DNA of 64,000 nucleotides, taken from assembly GCA_964016885.1 (NCBI GenBank), contig OZ024750.1, positions 42,532,001 through 42,596,000 on the forward strand, written 5' to 3'. Below the pieces are notes generated by a model. It saw only the letters and a program-made list of their open reading frames with translations. It was not told where the DNA came from and ran no database searches. The translations under genes were made by a program, and so were the position numbers. The stretch comes from Eledone cirrhosa. Taxonomy: Eukaryota. Numbering within the stretch: the stretch's first letter is position 1; each line of letters begins with the position of its first letter. Positions 1-11,504 of this stretch are shown here, piece after piece.

Positions 1-159
1 CACCCCCACCCGATCCACACCCCCCCGTTCTATGTAAAGTTATGTTGGTGCCGCGCCATCGAGGCCGAAACAAATGAGATCGTGTAGGTGTCACGACAAA
101 AAAACACACAGTCCACGCTGTAATGTGGCCGTGTAGGCAACACGGTAAAAACCTCCCAG

Positions 160-327
160 ACCCACACTGTAAATGTGGTTGGTGTTAGGAAGGGCATCCA
201 ACTGTAGAAAACCTGCCAGACAGTCCTATGCGAGCAAGACAATCACTCTTGCCTCAAGTGGGACTACCCCCGTCCAAACCCATGCAAGCGTGGAACACGG
301 ACGTTAAACGCTGATGATGATGATGAT
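160..327 (+). mobile_element. SINE 3' part with (GAT)n tail
   Basis: cactgtaaatgtggttggtgttaggaagggcatcc...ggacgttaaacgctgatgatgatg. A reverse copy lies at ~17335-17478, and the ggtgttaggaagggcatcc block is shared with the full SINE at 7890-8236. Confidence 0.6.
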
Positions 328-349
328 ATATATACATATACAAATGCGA

Positions 350-534
350 GAAAGTTCTTCAACCCAAGTTAACCAGGAATCTCTAAAATTCTTCCAACAG
401 AAGTTAACAAAGAACTTACTGGATCTACCAACTCATAATATTATAATATTATATTATAACATTAAATCATAAAATTTTTTTTACACTACAAGTGAAGTCA
501 TTCTTTTCCTTTTTTTCAAATATATATATATATA

Positions 535-610
<76 letters not shown>

Positions 611-656
611 TACATATACATATATACATACACACCATGATGTAAGCCATAACATG

Positions 657-702
<46 letters not shown>

Positions 703-723
703 GACACAAACACACAGACACAT

Positions 724-815
<92 letters not shown>

Positions 816-1590
816 TAAAATGTAGCTAAACATAAAGGTATAGAACATCTTACTAAAGAGCCAGAAGCACATTTTAAAAAAGCTAAGAAAACGAAAAAAA
901 GAAAATTTAAAAAACGATCCAATATAATATTTTTTTTTAATCCAAACAAAATCCTTTTAAATCCACAAGTTGTATTTGATATAAGATATTTAAGCAGCAG
1001 TTTTACTTCATCACCCATTTGACTATACTTCTAAACATTAACTGATCCTGAATAAATATCTGCTAAGACACACAAAAACACAGGAAAATACAACAAAAAA
1101 TACATAAAACACAAAATAAAGAAAACAAAAAACACACACAAAATACAAAAATCACGCACAAAAAAAGAAAAACAAAATAAACAACAACAAAACTCCACAA
1201 AAATACAACAAAAACAACAACAAAACAACAACAAAACCCCACAAAAATACAACAACAAAAACAACAACAAAACAACAACAAAACCCCACAAAAATACAAC
1301 AACAAAAACAACAACAAAACAACAACAAAACCCCACAAAAATACAACATTCTTGGAGAACTTTCTCACATTCGTCGGTGGCGGTGGTGATTGTCAACTCA
1401 GTTTGACAATCGCCATCGCCACCGAGTAAGTTCTCCAAGAATGTAAACCAGGAATCTTTAAAATTCTTCCCACAGAAGTTAACAAAGAACTTACTAGAGT
1501 CTACCAACTCATAATATTATAATATAATAAAATTAAATCAAATTATTTAGAACTACAAGTGAAGTCATTCTTTTCATTTTTTTTCAAATA
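350..1590. repeat. ~170-bp diverged direct repeat (350-520 and ~1428-1590); possible pseudo-LTR pair of a decayed Penelope-like element
   Basis: aaccaggaatct..aaaattcttcc..cagaagttaacaaagaacttact...actacaagtgaagtcattcttttc occurs twice. Both copies end in (TA)n, and the second runs into a hammerhead-like motif (1577-1648, minus strand). Confidence 0.55.
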
Positions 1591-1648
1591 TATATATATA
1601 TATATTTCAAGGGTACCAAAAATTTTGGTACGCTATCATCAGAAAAAA
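1577..1648 (-). ncRNA. Degenerate type I hammerhead ribozyme motif
   Basis: Minus strand reads ttttt CTGATGA tagc-gtaccaaa-att-tttggtac-cctt GAAA (TA)n tttg aaaaa. Core and stem II are present, stem III is an expanded TA palindrome, and the cleavage triplet is non-canonical. Confidence 0.5.
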
Positions 1649-1657
1649 TACGAAGTG

Positions 1658-1706
<49 letters not shown>

Positions 1707-1741
1707 TGTGAGAAAAACCACAGACCCTCCATCTCAACTCA

Positions 1742-1779
1742 CCTTTTGAAAAGCAGAAGAACTGCGAAACCGGTAAAGG
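1742..1779 (+). ncRNA. Variant minimal hammerhead-like motif (UUGAAAA core)
   Basis: cctt TTGAAAA gcag-aagaa-ctgc GAAAC cg GTA aagg. Stem I is cctt/aagg, stem II is 4 bp, stem III is the palindrome ACCGGT, and the site is GUA. Two substitutions relative to CUGANGA. Confidence 0.5.
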
Positions 1780-1848
1780 AACCAAATAAATATATATATT
1801 TTATAAAAAAATAAGACCCCACTTGCATTTTCGATTTCATCTGTGCCT

Positions 1849-1910
<62 letters not shown>

Positions 1911-2168
1911 TTTTATTTGCCACTAGGGCATCAAAAGTGGGACAAGTACAAAGGGGGGAGCTTACACAAAAAGGCGTCCTCAATAAGGAGAAGGCAATAA
2001 CAAAATATAAAAATAAAATAAGATATAACAAAAAATAAAATTTTTAACAAAATCCTCAATAGAGAGGAGGCGCCTTGGGGGGTCGCACACACCCCCGAAA
2101 AAAGTGTGCAACCCTTCTCCTCAGGAGCACAGAGAAGGGGTGCTCCCTTGGTCTTTCATCTTCCTCAC

Positions 2169-5100
2169 CTATAGTCTGATGTAGAGTGAAGGCCCATTCA
2201 CACGGGCCATTCTCGCCACTTTCACCCATCTTTCATAGAAACGGCTGGGGTGCAGCACCTCTCTCTCCATCCTGATCCTTCTTCCGAAATGATATCGGAA
2301 GAAACGGACCAGTTGTTGGCCAGAGAGAAAGGTGCCCGACCTCAGTCCTTTCAGACGCGTCCACCATACAACCTCTTTCGCCATGGCTATTACGCACAGA
2401 AACACCGCCTCTGCTTCATCTTTGAAGGGGGGAGGCGGCTTGATCATTACAATAGACTCGGTGGTCAACCGGATCGGTCCCACCCTTGACAGCAGTTGTT
2501 CGACATAGCCCCACAGATCGGCTACGCCCGAGCAGTGTACTAATGCGTGTGCAACGGTTTCCTCGTCGCACACGCATCTGGGACAGATCTTTTTGGCGGG
2601 GTCCCTACCCGGGCGCCCGTGTCTGTAGAGCCTTTCTCGAACGGGTAAAGCCCCTCGGTAGCACTGCCAGGCCAGGGACTTCTGGAAGTTGTCCATAGGT
2701 CCCGGGCTGAATGTCCTACCGAACAGGCTGGCCAGTTCGTCCTCCTCCATGTCTAGGGCTTCTCCGAGGGCGTCGTCGCACCTGCTGCGTACCAGCCCTC
2801 TATAGAATGTTGCGGTGGAGTCTCCACTGATAACCGGATCCGCCTGCCAGAGGGCGGTGAGCGCCTGGGCACACTCAGTGTGCCAGGCGCCCATTTTTCT
2901 CGGTCTTTGCTTGACCCAGGATTGCAGCTCGGTGAGTGAGACGAGTCTGGGAAAGGTTCGTCTCACAAACGAGGCCCACACCGGCTGTCCGGTGAGGAAT
3001 ACGTAGAGGTGCCGTAGCCTTAATGCGTGTTTACGCATCATTAGCCACGGCATCCCCAGCCCTCCTTTCGAAGGGTGTTGACAGCAGATGGATCTCCTCA
3101 CCATAGGAGCCCGCCTCTTCCAAAGGAATTGGAAGAGCGCGCGCTCCATCTTGGTGAGGGTTTCCCTTGGGCAGGGCACTACGGTCAGGCGGTAGTAGAT
3201 GACGGACGCTATGTAGGTGTTCGCCACCTCCGCCCGACCTTTCAGGGATAGTTTGCAACTGGCCCACTTCTGGGTCAGTGCAAACACCCTGTTCGTAACC
3301 TCCGCCCAGTTTTTCTCCACCTGGAGGTCCGGTCCGAACCAGACCCCGAGCAACTTCACCGGGCCCTCCGTCCAGCGTCCGACGACGCCATCGGAGGGCA
3401 TCGGTCTGCCCCTCCACGTGCCGAGTTGCAAACCGATCGACTTGTCCCGGTTCAGCTTAGCCCCTGTGAACTTTTCGTACTCCTCCAGTAAGGTGCCGAC
3501 CGCCTCGATTTCGGAGGCCGTCGACACCATTACTGTCACGTCATCGGCGTAGGCCGACACCGCTTTCCGCAATCCCGGTTCCAAAGGGATGCCCTGCAAC
3601 AACTCCAACTTCCGCAGTAGTGGCTCGAGAGTCAACACATACAGAAGGGAGGAGAGAGGGCACCCTTGTCGGATGGACCGCGCGATTTTGAACGGCTCCG
3701 AGAGGTAGCCGTTCACCTTGATCCTAGAGCAGATGCGGCTGCTGTGCATAGCAGTGATCCAGCCCCTGAAAACGGGTCCGAAGCCTGCCGCCGCTAGCAC
3801 CGCATCCAGGTAACCATGGTCGACCCTATCGAACGCCTTAGATTGATCCAAGTTGATCAGAGCCCCACCAAAGCCGGGTTCGTTCCCAACCCTCTCTATG
3901 ATGTATCGCATGAGGTGGAGGTTGTCATGGATGGACCTGGACGGGATAGCGCATGTCTGCGCATCTCCCACCAGGTTGCCCACGACAAGCGCCAACCTCT
4001 TTGCTAGCACCTTGGCCAAAATCTGTAACTCTGTATTTAGCAGAGTTATGGGCCTGAAGTTACTTATTTCGTCCCCCTTGTTCTCGTCCTTCCTCACTAG
4101 CGTGACTACGCCCTTGGTCACAGTACAGGGAATTCTCCCGTTCTGTTGCCAGTTGCAGTAGACCGCCTCGAGGAGATCGGGGAACAAGTCCGGCATAGCT
4201 AGATATAATTCGTAAGGAAGACCATCGAGACCCGGGGATTTGCGTTTGCCGCATTGGCCCAGCACGTCCTCTATCTCAGCGGCCGAAATCGGCTCCTCGC
4301 AAGACTTCGCCTCCCTGTCCGAGAGGCGCGGCAGGCCGTCGAGGTATGGACCGAAGTCCACGTTTCCAACCGGCTCCCCGCCCCTCCCGAACAGTCGGGC
4401 AAAGTGCCTTTGAAAGGCCTCACACATCTGCTTAGGCTCAAGAATCGCCCGTCCATCCAGGTCTCGCAAAGACCGGATGGTGGATTTAGTTCCACTGTTG
4501 GCCTCTGTCACGCGGGCCCAGCTAACAGCTTTGGCCCCCTCGTTCCCTAGAGCACGTATTTTACTTCGGACAACGCAGCCTTCGTGCTTCGCGTCGAAAA
4601 ACTGGCTCAAAGCCGTTCTCGACGCTAGCACTCTGGCCACGTCGCCGCTTCTAATTGCCTCTTCTACTCTATCTATTAGCTCCCTTTCCTTCCCATTCCT
4701 ATCCGCAGCTAGAACCTTACTAAATTCAATCGAGACTACTCTAATCTCTCTCTTTAGAGATACCCACCACCTGCTGTTGACGATCGCTCCAGTCAACCGT
4801 TCCTTAACTAACGTACTAATCCGATTCCTGTAGGCTCTACTTGCCGGCAAGGACAAGTTGAGCTTCCAGTAACCGGGGCCCTGTCTATGCGTTCTATCAA
4901 GGTTGACCATGCAGGTCACCAACTTGTGGTCTGAATAGCCAACCATGAGCATTTCTGGACAACTTAAAAAGTCCCTGTCCTTATTTCTAACTAAAAATCT
5001 ATCTAGGTACGATCTAGATGATCCGCTGCGATTTGACCAAGACCAGGTTGGCACCGTCGGAAAATCTAGTCGAAATCTATCGGCCAGGTCAAATCGGCCG

Positions 5101-5606
5101 AGTAACCCCTTGAGGCTGTTGCACCCCTCTCTATCGGGACATGCCCCTGCATAGTCCCAACGTGCATCCAGGATACCATTCCAATCCCCCACTAAAAGCA
5201 GGGAACGGGACGTCCCTAGAAAAGACTCCAGACGCTGGAAAAAGTCGGGCCGCTCTGTCCCAAAAGGGGCATATGCGGCTATCAGCCTAAGGGCTCTACC
5301 TTCACCACTGCCAAGGTCCAGCACCACCAGTCGACCCCCTGGGTCCAAGTGAACTATCTGTGTTGCAAGGCCCATATGTTTTTGCAGCAGAACGACAACC
5401 CCACCCCCACCTCCGGGCTGACAGAGAGATGCGTGCATCTCAAAGTCGTCAAAGGTGGGGGCTAGCTGTCGCATGCTGCTGATCCGGGCCTCGCAGATAA
5501 CCATCACATTTATAGATTGTGACCTGAGGTCATTTAGAAGCATTGCTTGCTTCCAAGACGAGCCCAGGCCACGCGCATTTAGACACCCTACTCTTAGCAT
5601 AGCCAT
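2169..5606 (-). CDS. LINE ORF2: AP-endonuclease, reverse transcriptase and C-terminal zinc knuckle, intact (1145 aa from ATG at 5606)
   Basis: APE motifs LNARG, CE, YAP, GDWN, LDR, SDH. RT motifs KSPGLDG, FRPITLLN, DQSKAFD, QGCPLS, YADD. Zinc motif CPRC-x8-HALVHC. Confidence 0.95.
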   Translation of the reverse strand: MAMLRVGCLNARGLGSSWKQAMLLNDLRSQSINVMVICEARISSMRQLAPTFDDFEMHASLCQPGGGGGVVVLLQKHMGLATQIVHLDPGGRLVVLDLGSGEGRALRLIAAYAPFGTERPDFFQRLESFLGTSRSLLLVGDWNGILDARWDYAGACPDREGCNSLKGLLGRFDLADRFRLDFPTVPTWSWSNRSGSSRSYLDRFLVRNKDRDFLSCPEMLMVGYSDHKLVTCMVNLDRTHRQGPGYWKLNLSLPASRAYRNRISTLVKERLTGAIVNSRWWVSLKREIRVVSIEFSKVLAADRNGKERELIDRVEEAIRSGDVARVLASRTALSQFFDAKHEGCVVRSKIRALGNEGAKAVSWARVTEANSGTKSTIRSLRDLDGRAILEPKQMCEAFQRHFARLFGRGGEPVGNVDFGPYLDGLPRLSDREAKSCEEPISAAEIEDVLGQCGKRKSPGLDGLPYELYLAMPDLFPDLLEAVYCNWQQNGRIPCTVTKGVVTLVRKDENKGDEISNFRPITLLNTELQILAKVLAKRLALVVGNLVGDAQTCAIPSRSIHDNLHLMRYIIERVGNEPGFGGALINLDQSKAFDRVDHGYLDAVLAAAGFGPVFRGWITAMHSSRICSRIKVNGYLSEPFKIARSIRQGCPLSSLLYVLTLEPLLRKLELLQGIPLEPGLRKAVSAYADDVTVMVSTASEIEAVGTLLEEYEKFTGAKLNRDKSIGLQLGTWRGRPMPSDGVVGRWTEGPVKLLGVWFGPDLQVEKNWAEVTNRVFALTQKWASCKLSLKGRAEVANTYIASVIYYRLTVVPCPRETLTKMERALFQFLWKRRAPMVRRSICCQHPSKGGLGMPWLMMRKHALRLRHLYVFLTGQPVWASFVRRTFPRLVSLTELQSWVKQRPRKMGAWHTECAQALTALWQADPVISGDSTATFYRGLVRSRCDDALGEALDMEEDELASLFGRTFSPGPMDNFQKSLAWQCYRGALPVRERLYRHGRPGRDPAKKICPRCVCDEETVAHALVHCSGVADLWGYVEQLLSRVGPIRLTTESIVMIKPPPPFKDEAEAVFLCVIAMAKEVVWWTRLKGLRSGTFLSGQQLVRFFRYHFGRRIRMEREVLHPSRFYERWVKVARMARVNGPSLYIRL

Positions 5607-5630
5607 GTTGGTGGTGAAGAGAAAAGGCAC

Positions 5631-7413
5631 TTACCTCTCTGCGTCCCGGGTATCGGGCTGCACAATTTCCATTAGGGTGGGGGATGGGTTGTTGGGTGGG
5701 GTGGTGGTTTGTGGAAGTGTGGGGGCATCAGTGTGATGTGTGGTTGGGGAGCTTGGAGTTGTGTGGGTGTTTGGGGAGGGGGTGGGATAGTTTTTTAGGA
5801 GGACGCGGTTAATGGGCCCGACGCAGGGGGGACCCACGTCCTCTTTAAAATTGTTTTTTAAAGTTTTATAGGTGTCCTGTGGGGCCTTAATCATTTTGAG
5901 GTGGGGGAAATCTCCTGCCTGGGTGAAGTTAGGCCCTTGTGTTTTTATTAGATTGTTGTTGTACACAATGTTTAACAGTTTTTTGTTTCTTGTATTTATG
6001 TATGTGTATGCATGTTTTTGTTTTTGTGTGGTGTTTTTTGTTTGCTGTTGTTGTGAGCTCTTTTGTGTTGGTGTCAGTGTTATGTTTTGGGGAGGGTTTT
6101 TTTTCATTTGTGTGTCTGAGGTGTGTTTTCTTTTTTTTTCTTTTGATTGTGTGGAAGTGCTCCTCCTCGTCTGACGACGAACTAGGGTCATCTTCCGCGT
6201 TGGAGGGGAGGGGTATATTTTCGGGTTGTGTTTGCGGTACGGGTGTTTTGGAAATTGTTTTTGTTTTTTGAGTGGAGGGGATGGGTTGGACATTGTTTTG
6301 TTTTGGTTTGAGCTGTGGTGGTTGTTTTTGTAGTGGTAGTTGTGGTGATTGTGTTGGTTGTGCAGTTGTTGGTGGTGTAGGCAGGATTGGGGTTTTCTTA
6401 TTAAGTTGGGGACAGACAGCCCTCAGGTGACCTCTGGTTCCGCAGAGGTAACACGAGGGCCGTCTACCCTCAACGGTAATGTTGATGAAGGTTAGATCAT
6501 CCAGTATGATGCGTTCAGGGATCTGGGCGATCCTTTCGGGCCTCATTTGAACTACAAGTTCGAGGCTCGTTCCACTGAACGCGTCACCCGATGCCTTTCC
6601 CATGGACACCAGCATGTCATCCTCCAGGTCCAGAAAACCTGTCAAAACCCACCATATGTCCATAATCGGCAGGATGGTGTGGATTTTTATTTTTTGTGTT
6701 CTTCTACCCATGTACGTAGGGTAGAAGGTGTATGCGGTGGATGTGATTGGTTTGATGGACAGTTTCACTGCTGTGTCACTGTCCTTCATGAGAATGGATA
6801 GACTCCCGTAGAGTCTATCCTTCTGAATGAAGGTGATGTCCTTCATGACGTCTTTTAAAACCAGCTCTATCTCGCTCTGTGATGGTTGAGCTGGTTTTTT
6901 ACTTTTGTTCGAGATTGTCCTAAACATGACCGTGTTTAGGAGTCTCTGGCTTTTTAGTTCCGGGGGGGAATGGATTGTGAATGAACCATTTTCCCCGTAC
7001 ACTATATATTTTTTCGCATCCGCCAGTAGCTCCTTCGCTTTTGTTATATCTACTGGCAGATAGTCGAGGGTTTTCCTTGTCGTCTCGGCGAAGGAGAAAT
7101 TTTGTTTGTTTGTGTTGTTGTTGTCGTTGGTGGTGTTGTTGTTATCATTGTTGTTGTTGTCACCGTTATTGGTCTTGTTGTTGTTATTGTTATTGTTATT
7201 GGTGTTGTTTTCGTCCGTCGCATTGTTGTTGTTGCTGTTGCTGCTGGTTCTTTGAGTTGTTGCCATGGCAACGTCAAGTTGTCGAGGTGGAGAGAATTCT
7301 TCCTCTGGCTGACCTTTCTTCTTGACCTCTGCTACTGTGACAGTGGCAGGGGGAAGCTGTAAGTTCATCTTCCCCTTTCCTCCTTCGAATTTTGGTGAAG
7401 AAGCTTCGGCCAT
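5631..7413 (-). CDS. LINE ORF1 (gag-like, CCHC knuckle), split by a 1-nt frameshift in an A9 run near 6131-6139
   Basis: ORF 5929-7413 has CYLCGTRGHLRAVC. The C-terminal part (YTYINTRNKKLL..PQDTYKTLKNNFKEDVG) is in ORF 5631-6293 and is homologous to the C-terminus of copy 2 (YTALNLNNKQLL..TQKTYMTLKQKFPKDIG). Confidence 0.8.
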
Positions 7414-7637
7414 TTAAAAAAATATTGACTTTTCAACAAGAAAAAACTTTTTTTTTGTTTAACTATTTCGCCTAAAGGCGTAGAATATTTTGAGAGACTG
7501 ACCAGATCAAAGTTTGACCTGGCAGTCCCTCTACAAAATGGTACAAAAATGAAAGTTTACAGTTTACAATTTCCGTATGAATTTAAACAAAAACTTACCG
7601 AGCGAGCTCAGCACATGTGTCCATCGTAGTAGCAGAC

Positions 7638-8236
<599 letters not shown>

Positions 8237-8451
8237 TCTAATGGTAGCTAAGATGCTTCCATAGGCGGTATGCCAGTTGAGCACTCTATGAAAGAAGATA
8301 TGTTCCGAAATCAACAGATGTGTCCGAGGGACCTGTAAATCCAGAGTCAGGTCGATCCACACACAGATCGCACCTCGAGCTGTTTGCCAGGGAAACAATT
8401 GTAACACGCAATAAATTGAGTTCAGATGCATCACTGATTTTTCGTTTTCCG

Positions 8452-8486
<35 letters not shown>

Positions 8487-8562
8487 GACAGTCTTAAATC
8501 CTAAGACTCCCTCCACCTTACTCACTTCCCTCTTCCCCTTCTCTTCCTACCTCCTTCTTTAT

Positions 8563-8688
8563 CTTTTATCTGAAGACATGGTGTGTTTGCTTACAGTGTA
8601 CCTTCGGTTTATGATAATATTTGTATATTATTCAAATAGCGAGGTATAGGTAACCCATACACTATAGAAACAATTGTTACCTAATAAA
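8563..8688 (+). ncRNA. Degenerate hammerhead-like motif with very long stem II
   Basis: CTGAAGA (8570), then a long imperfect hairpin (atggtgtgt/atacactat, taccttcg/cgaggta, taatat/atatta), then GAAA caattg TTA with palindromic stem III. Stem I pairing is poor. Confidence 0.35.
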
Positions 8689-8980
8689 TTCTATATACCC
8701 GCATTTCCATTTCGTAAACTTCTTCTCTCTCTCTCTATATATATATATGCAGAGGTTATATTTAATTTGTTGAGATTCAACAAGCTTAAACATTTTTATA
8801 ACTGATATAAATTTAAATAAACTGTTATCTTTTCAACCTTTCGGACACTCATTTACATACTCACTCATAATTTTGTATCACCCTCAATAAATGTACTATC
8901 TCCACTATCCAGGAAGCTCCAACCGTTAAGGTTGTCTTTTTTCTGGGTATGTCAATATTTATTTATAAAACAAATCTGTA

Positions 8981-9042
8981 TTTTATCTGATGAAAGCGCA
9001 CCATAACTTGCCTTGGTTGCCCTTGAAATATGTATGATAAAA
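8981..9042 (+). ncRNA. Hammerhead motif with mutated cleavage site
   Basis: ttttat CTGATGA aag-cgcacca..tggttgc-cctt GAAA tatgta TG ataaaa. Layout matches the intact motif at 21580-21630, but G at the cleavage position. Confidence 0.5.
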
Positions 9043-9080
9043 TAAATATGGTTTTATAAATATAGTTTCCATTTATTAAT

Positions 9081-9262
9081 GGATTGTCAGTATCGGTAGA
9101 GGGTCGGACGCCATGCTTTCCAGCATAGTTACGTCCCTTTACGATCTGAGTTCAAATCCCGCCGAGGTTGACTTTGCCTTTCATCCTTATGGGGTCGATA
9201 AAATAAAGTACCAGTAATACACTGAGTAATTGCTGGCCTTGTGCCTAAAGTGGAAACAATTA
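9081..9262 (+). mobile_element. SINE with Nin/Deu-like central domain
   Basis: B box gagttcaaatccc followed by gcctttcatccttatggggtcgataaaataaagtaccag. Reverse copy at ~37070-37260. Confidence 0.65.
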
Positions 9263-9362
9263 ATATATTGTGTATTTACTCCACTAAATTGTTGAGTGCT
9301 TTATATTAGTTATAAAAATGTTTAAGCTTGTTGAATCCCAACAAATTAAATATAACCTCTGC

Positions 9363-9399
<37 letters not shown>

Positions 9400-9707
9400 A
9401 ACAAACAAACAAGGAATGTAAGTAAAAGTGTGAAGAGAAGAGCCAAGTTTAGGTCATCAACCAGTTCAATGGCAGACAACTGAAAGAAGCAGACTTCAGA
9501 TGTTGAAGATTTAGAATGCGGAGGAGGGGGAGGGGGTAGTAATGGTGCTGTGGTGGTGGAGGAGGAGTTGAGAGTGTCAACATCTAACATGTCCACCTGC
9601 TTTAACTCAGCTGGATGTCAACAGACACAATAGACACTATAGAAAATATTTCTCTGAATGATGAGTTAAGAGAATGATATCTATCTATCTGTCTGTCTAT
9701 CTAGTTA

Positions 9708-9762
<55 letters not shown>

Positions 9763-9764
9763 AT

Positions 9765-9885
<121 letters not shown>

Positions 9886-10010
9886 TAACAGATTAAAGTT
9901 TAAGCAAAGAATCGCTGCTTTCACCCTTAATGGGATCATCTGAAACTAAAAAAATCAATCTGTGGATTTTAGTCTTCACATTTATTATTATTACTATATA
10001 TATATATATA

Positions 10011-10343
10011 TCATCATCATCATCATCATCATCATCATTTTTACGTCCGCTTTTCCCTGCTCACAAGGGTGGGACAGGAACTGATTCTGGCTGCCCTTCC
10101 TAACACCAACCTCATTTACAGTGAGTGCTGGGTGCTTTTTTTCCATGGCACCTCCACGACCACTTTGCAGTGGAATGATATGGACCCCAGTCCCTATCAT
10201 CTCATTTCTACAGCTGAGTAAACTGGAGCAATGTGAAATAAAGTGTCTTGCTCAAGGAAACAACACATCACCCGGTCTGAGAATTGAACTCACAACCTTT
10301 CGATTGCAAGGCCAATGCTCTAACCACTAAGCCATGTGCCTCC
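10011..10343 (-). mobile_element. tRNA-derived SINE (same family as 7890-8236)
   Basis: Reverse-complement match to 7890-8236 with a small internal deletion. Confidence 0.85.
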
Positions 10344-10406
10344 TATATATATATATATATAGTGACGAAACATAAGTCAATTGCATGAACTCATAATCCT
10401 TTATTT

Positions 10407-10464
10407 ACTGCTATATATATATTTCGATGATAGCCATTGAATGGCTATGACCTCATCAGGCAGT
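10407..10464 (-). ncRNA. Type I hammerhead ribozyme
   Basis: Minus strand reads actgc CTGATGA ggtc-atagccat-tca-atggctat-catc GAAA tatatata TA gcagt. Perfect 5-bp stem I, long stem II, TA-palindrome stem III, AUA site. Confidence 0.75.
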
Positions 10465-10592
10465 TAGTCAGTTCTTAGATATGACAGCTCTGTGTTTATA
10501 GTGTTAATGGTATCAGAGCCTTAAAATTTAAAGGGTATATACATATAAACCAGACAAGGCCATAGAAATATATATATATGTTTTTGGCAACC

Positions 10593-10623
<31 letters not shown>

Positions 10624-10743
10624 TATAGACATAGAATATTCGAAAATATTCTGTATGTTTATAATAAACATTTTGAAGACCTAATCGCTATAGAATAGAA
10701 TACGTCACGTATTACAATTAGATTCTCGATAAAAGAAAGGGAA

Positions 10744-10786
10744 GTAATCTACGCGTTTCATTCTTGTTAGAATTCATCAGGACTAC
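10744..10786 (-). ncRNA. Type I minimal hammerhead ribozyme (left arm of the 310-bp array; second copy at 11054-11096)
   Basis: Exact reverse complement of 11462-11504. Confidence 0.85.
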
Positions 10787-11461
10787 ATATCCAGTGCTTT
10801 TATCGAGAATGACACAGCTAGAGACTTATAGAATACTTAGCTGTGTACAGGAACTGGTTTGAAAGAGCGGTTGCCGGTCCGGCAGAAATTAGAAATTGGA
10901 ATAAATGCTCTGAAATAGCGATATATATGTGAATATAGACATAGAATATTCGAAAATATTCTGTATGTTTATAATAAACATTTTGAAGACCTAATCGCTA
11001 TAGAATAGAATACGTCACGTATTACAATTAGATTCTCGATAAAAGAAAGGGAAGTAATCTACGCGTTTCATTCTTGTTAGAATTCATCAGGACTACATAT
11101 CCAGTGCTTTTATCGAGAATGACACAGCTAGAGACTTATAGAATACTTAGCTGTGTACAGGAACTGGTTTGAAAGAGCGGTTGCCGGTCCGGCAGAAATT
11201 AGAAATTGGAATAAATGCTCTGAAATAGCGATATATATGTGAATATAGACATAGAATATTCGAAAATATTCTGTATGTTTATAATAAACATTTTGAAGAC
11301 CTAATCGCTATAGAATAGAATATATATCGCTATTTCAGAGCATTTATTCCAATTTCTAATTTCTGCCGGACCGGCAACCGCTCTTTCAAACCAGTTCCTG
11401 TACACAGCTAAGTATTCTATAAGTCTCTAGCTGTGTCATTCTCGATAAAAGCACTGGATAT

Positions 11462-11504
11462 GTAGTCCTGATGAATTCTAACAAGAATGAAACGCGTAGA
11501 TTAC
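11462..11504 (+). ncRNA. Type I minimal hammerhead ribozyme; 19 copies every 310 bp up to 17042-17084
   Basis: gtagtc CTGATGA attct-aaca-agaat GAAAC gc GTA gattac. Stem I is 6 bp with one G-U, stem II is 5 bp, stem III is the palindrome ACGCGT, and cleavage is predicted after GUA (11498). Helix I is extended by 14 bp (11438-11451 with 11513-11526). Confidence 0.88.

Noticed and set aside
467-872. YIYI, CVCV, poly-L, poly-C and poly-T ORFs throughout the window
   Set aside because: They are microsatellite translations.
815-1507. ORFs between the 170-bp direct repeats as a Penelope RT fragment
   Set aside because: No RT or GIY-YIG motif is visible, and the region is mostly low-complexity with 47-bp repeats.
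9306-9596. 96-aa Pro/Ser-rich ORF as a host exon
   Set aside because: No recognisable domain, no clear donor site, and it runs into a (TG)n tract.
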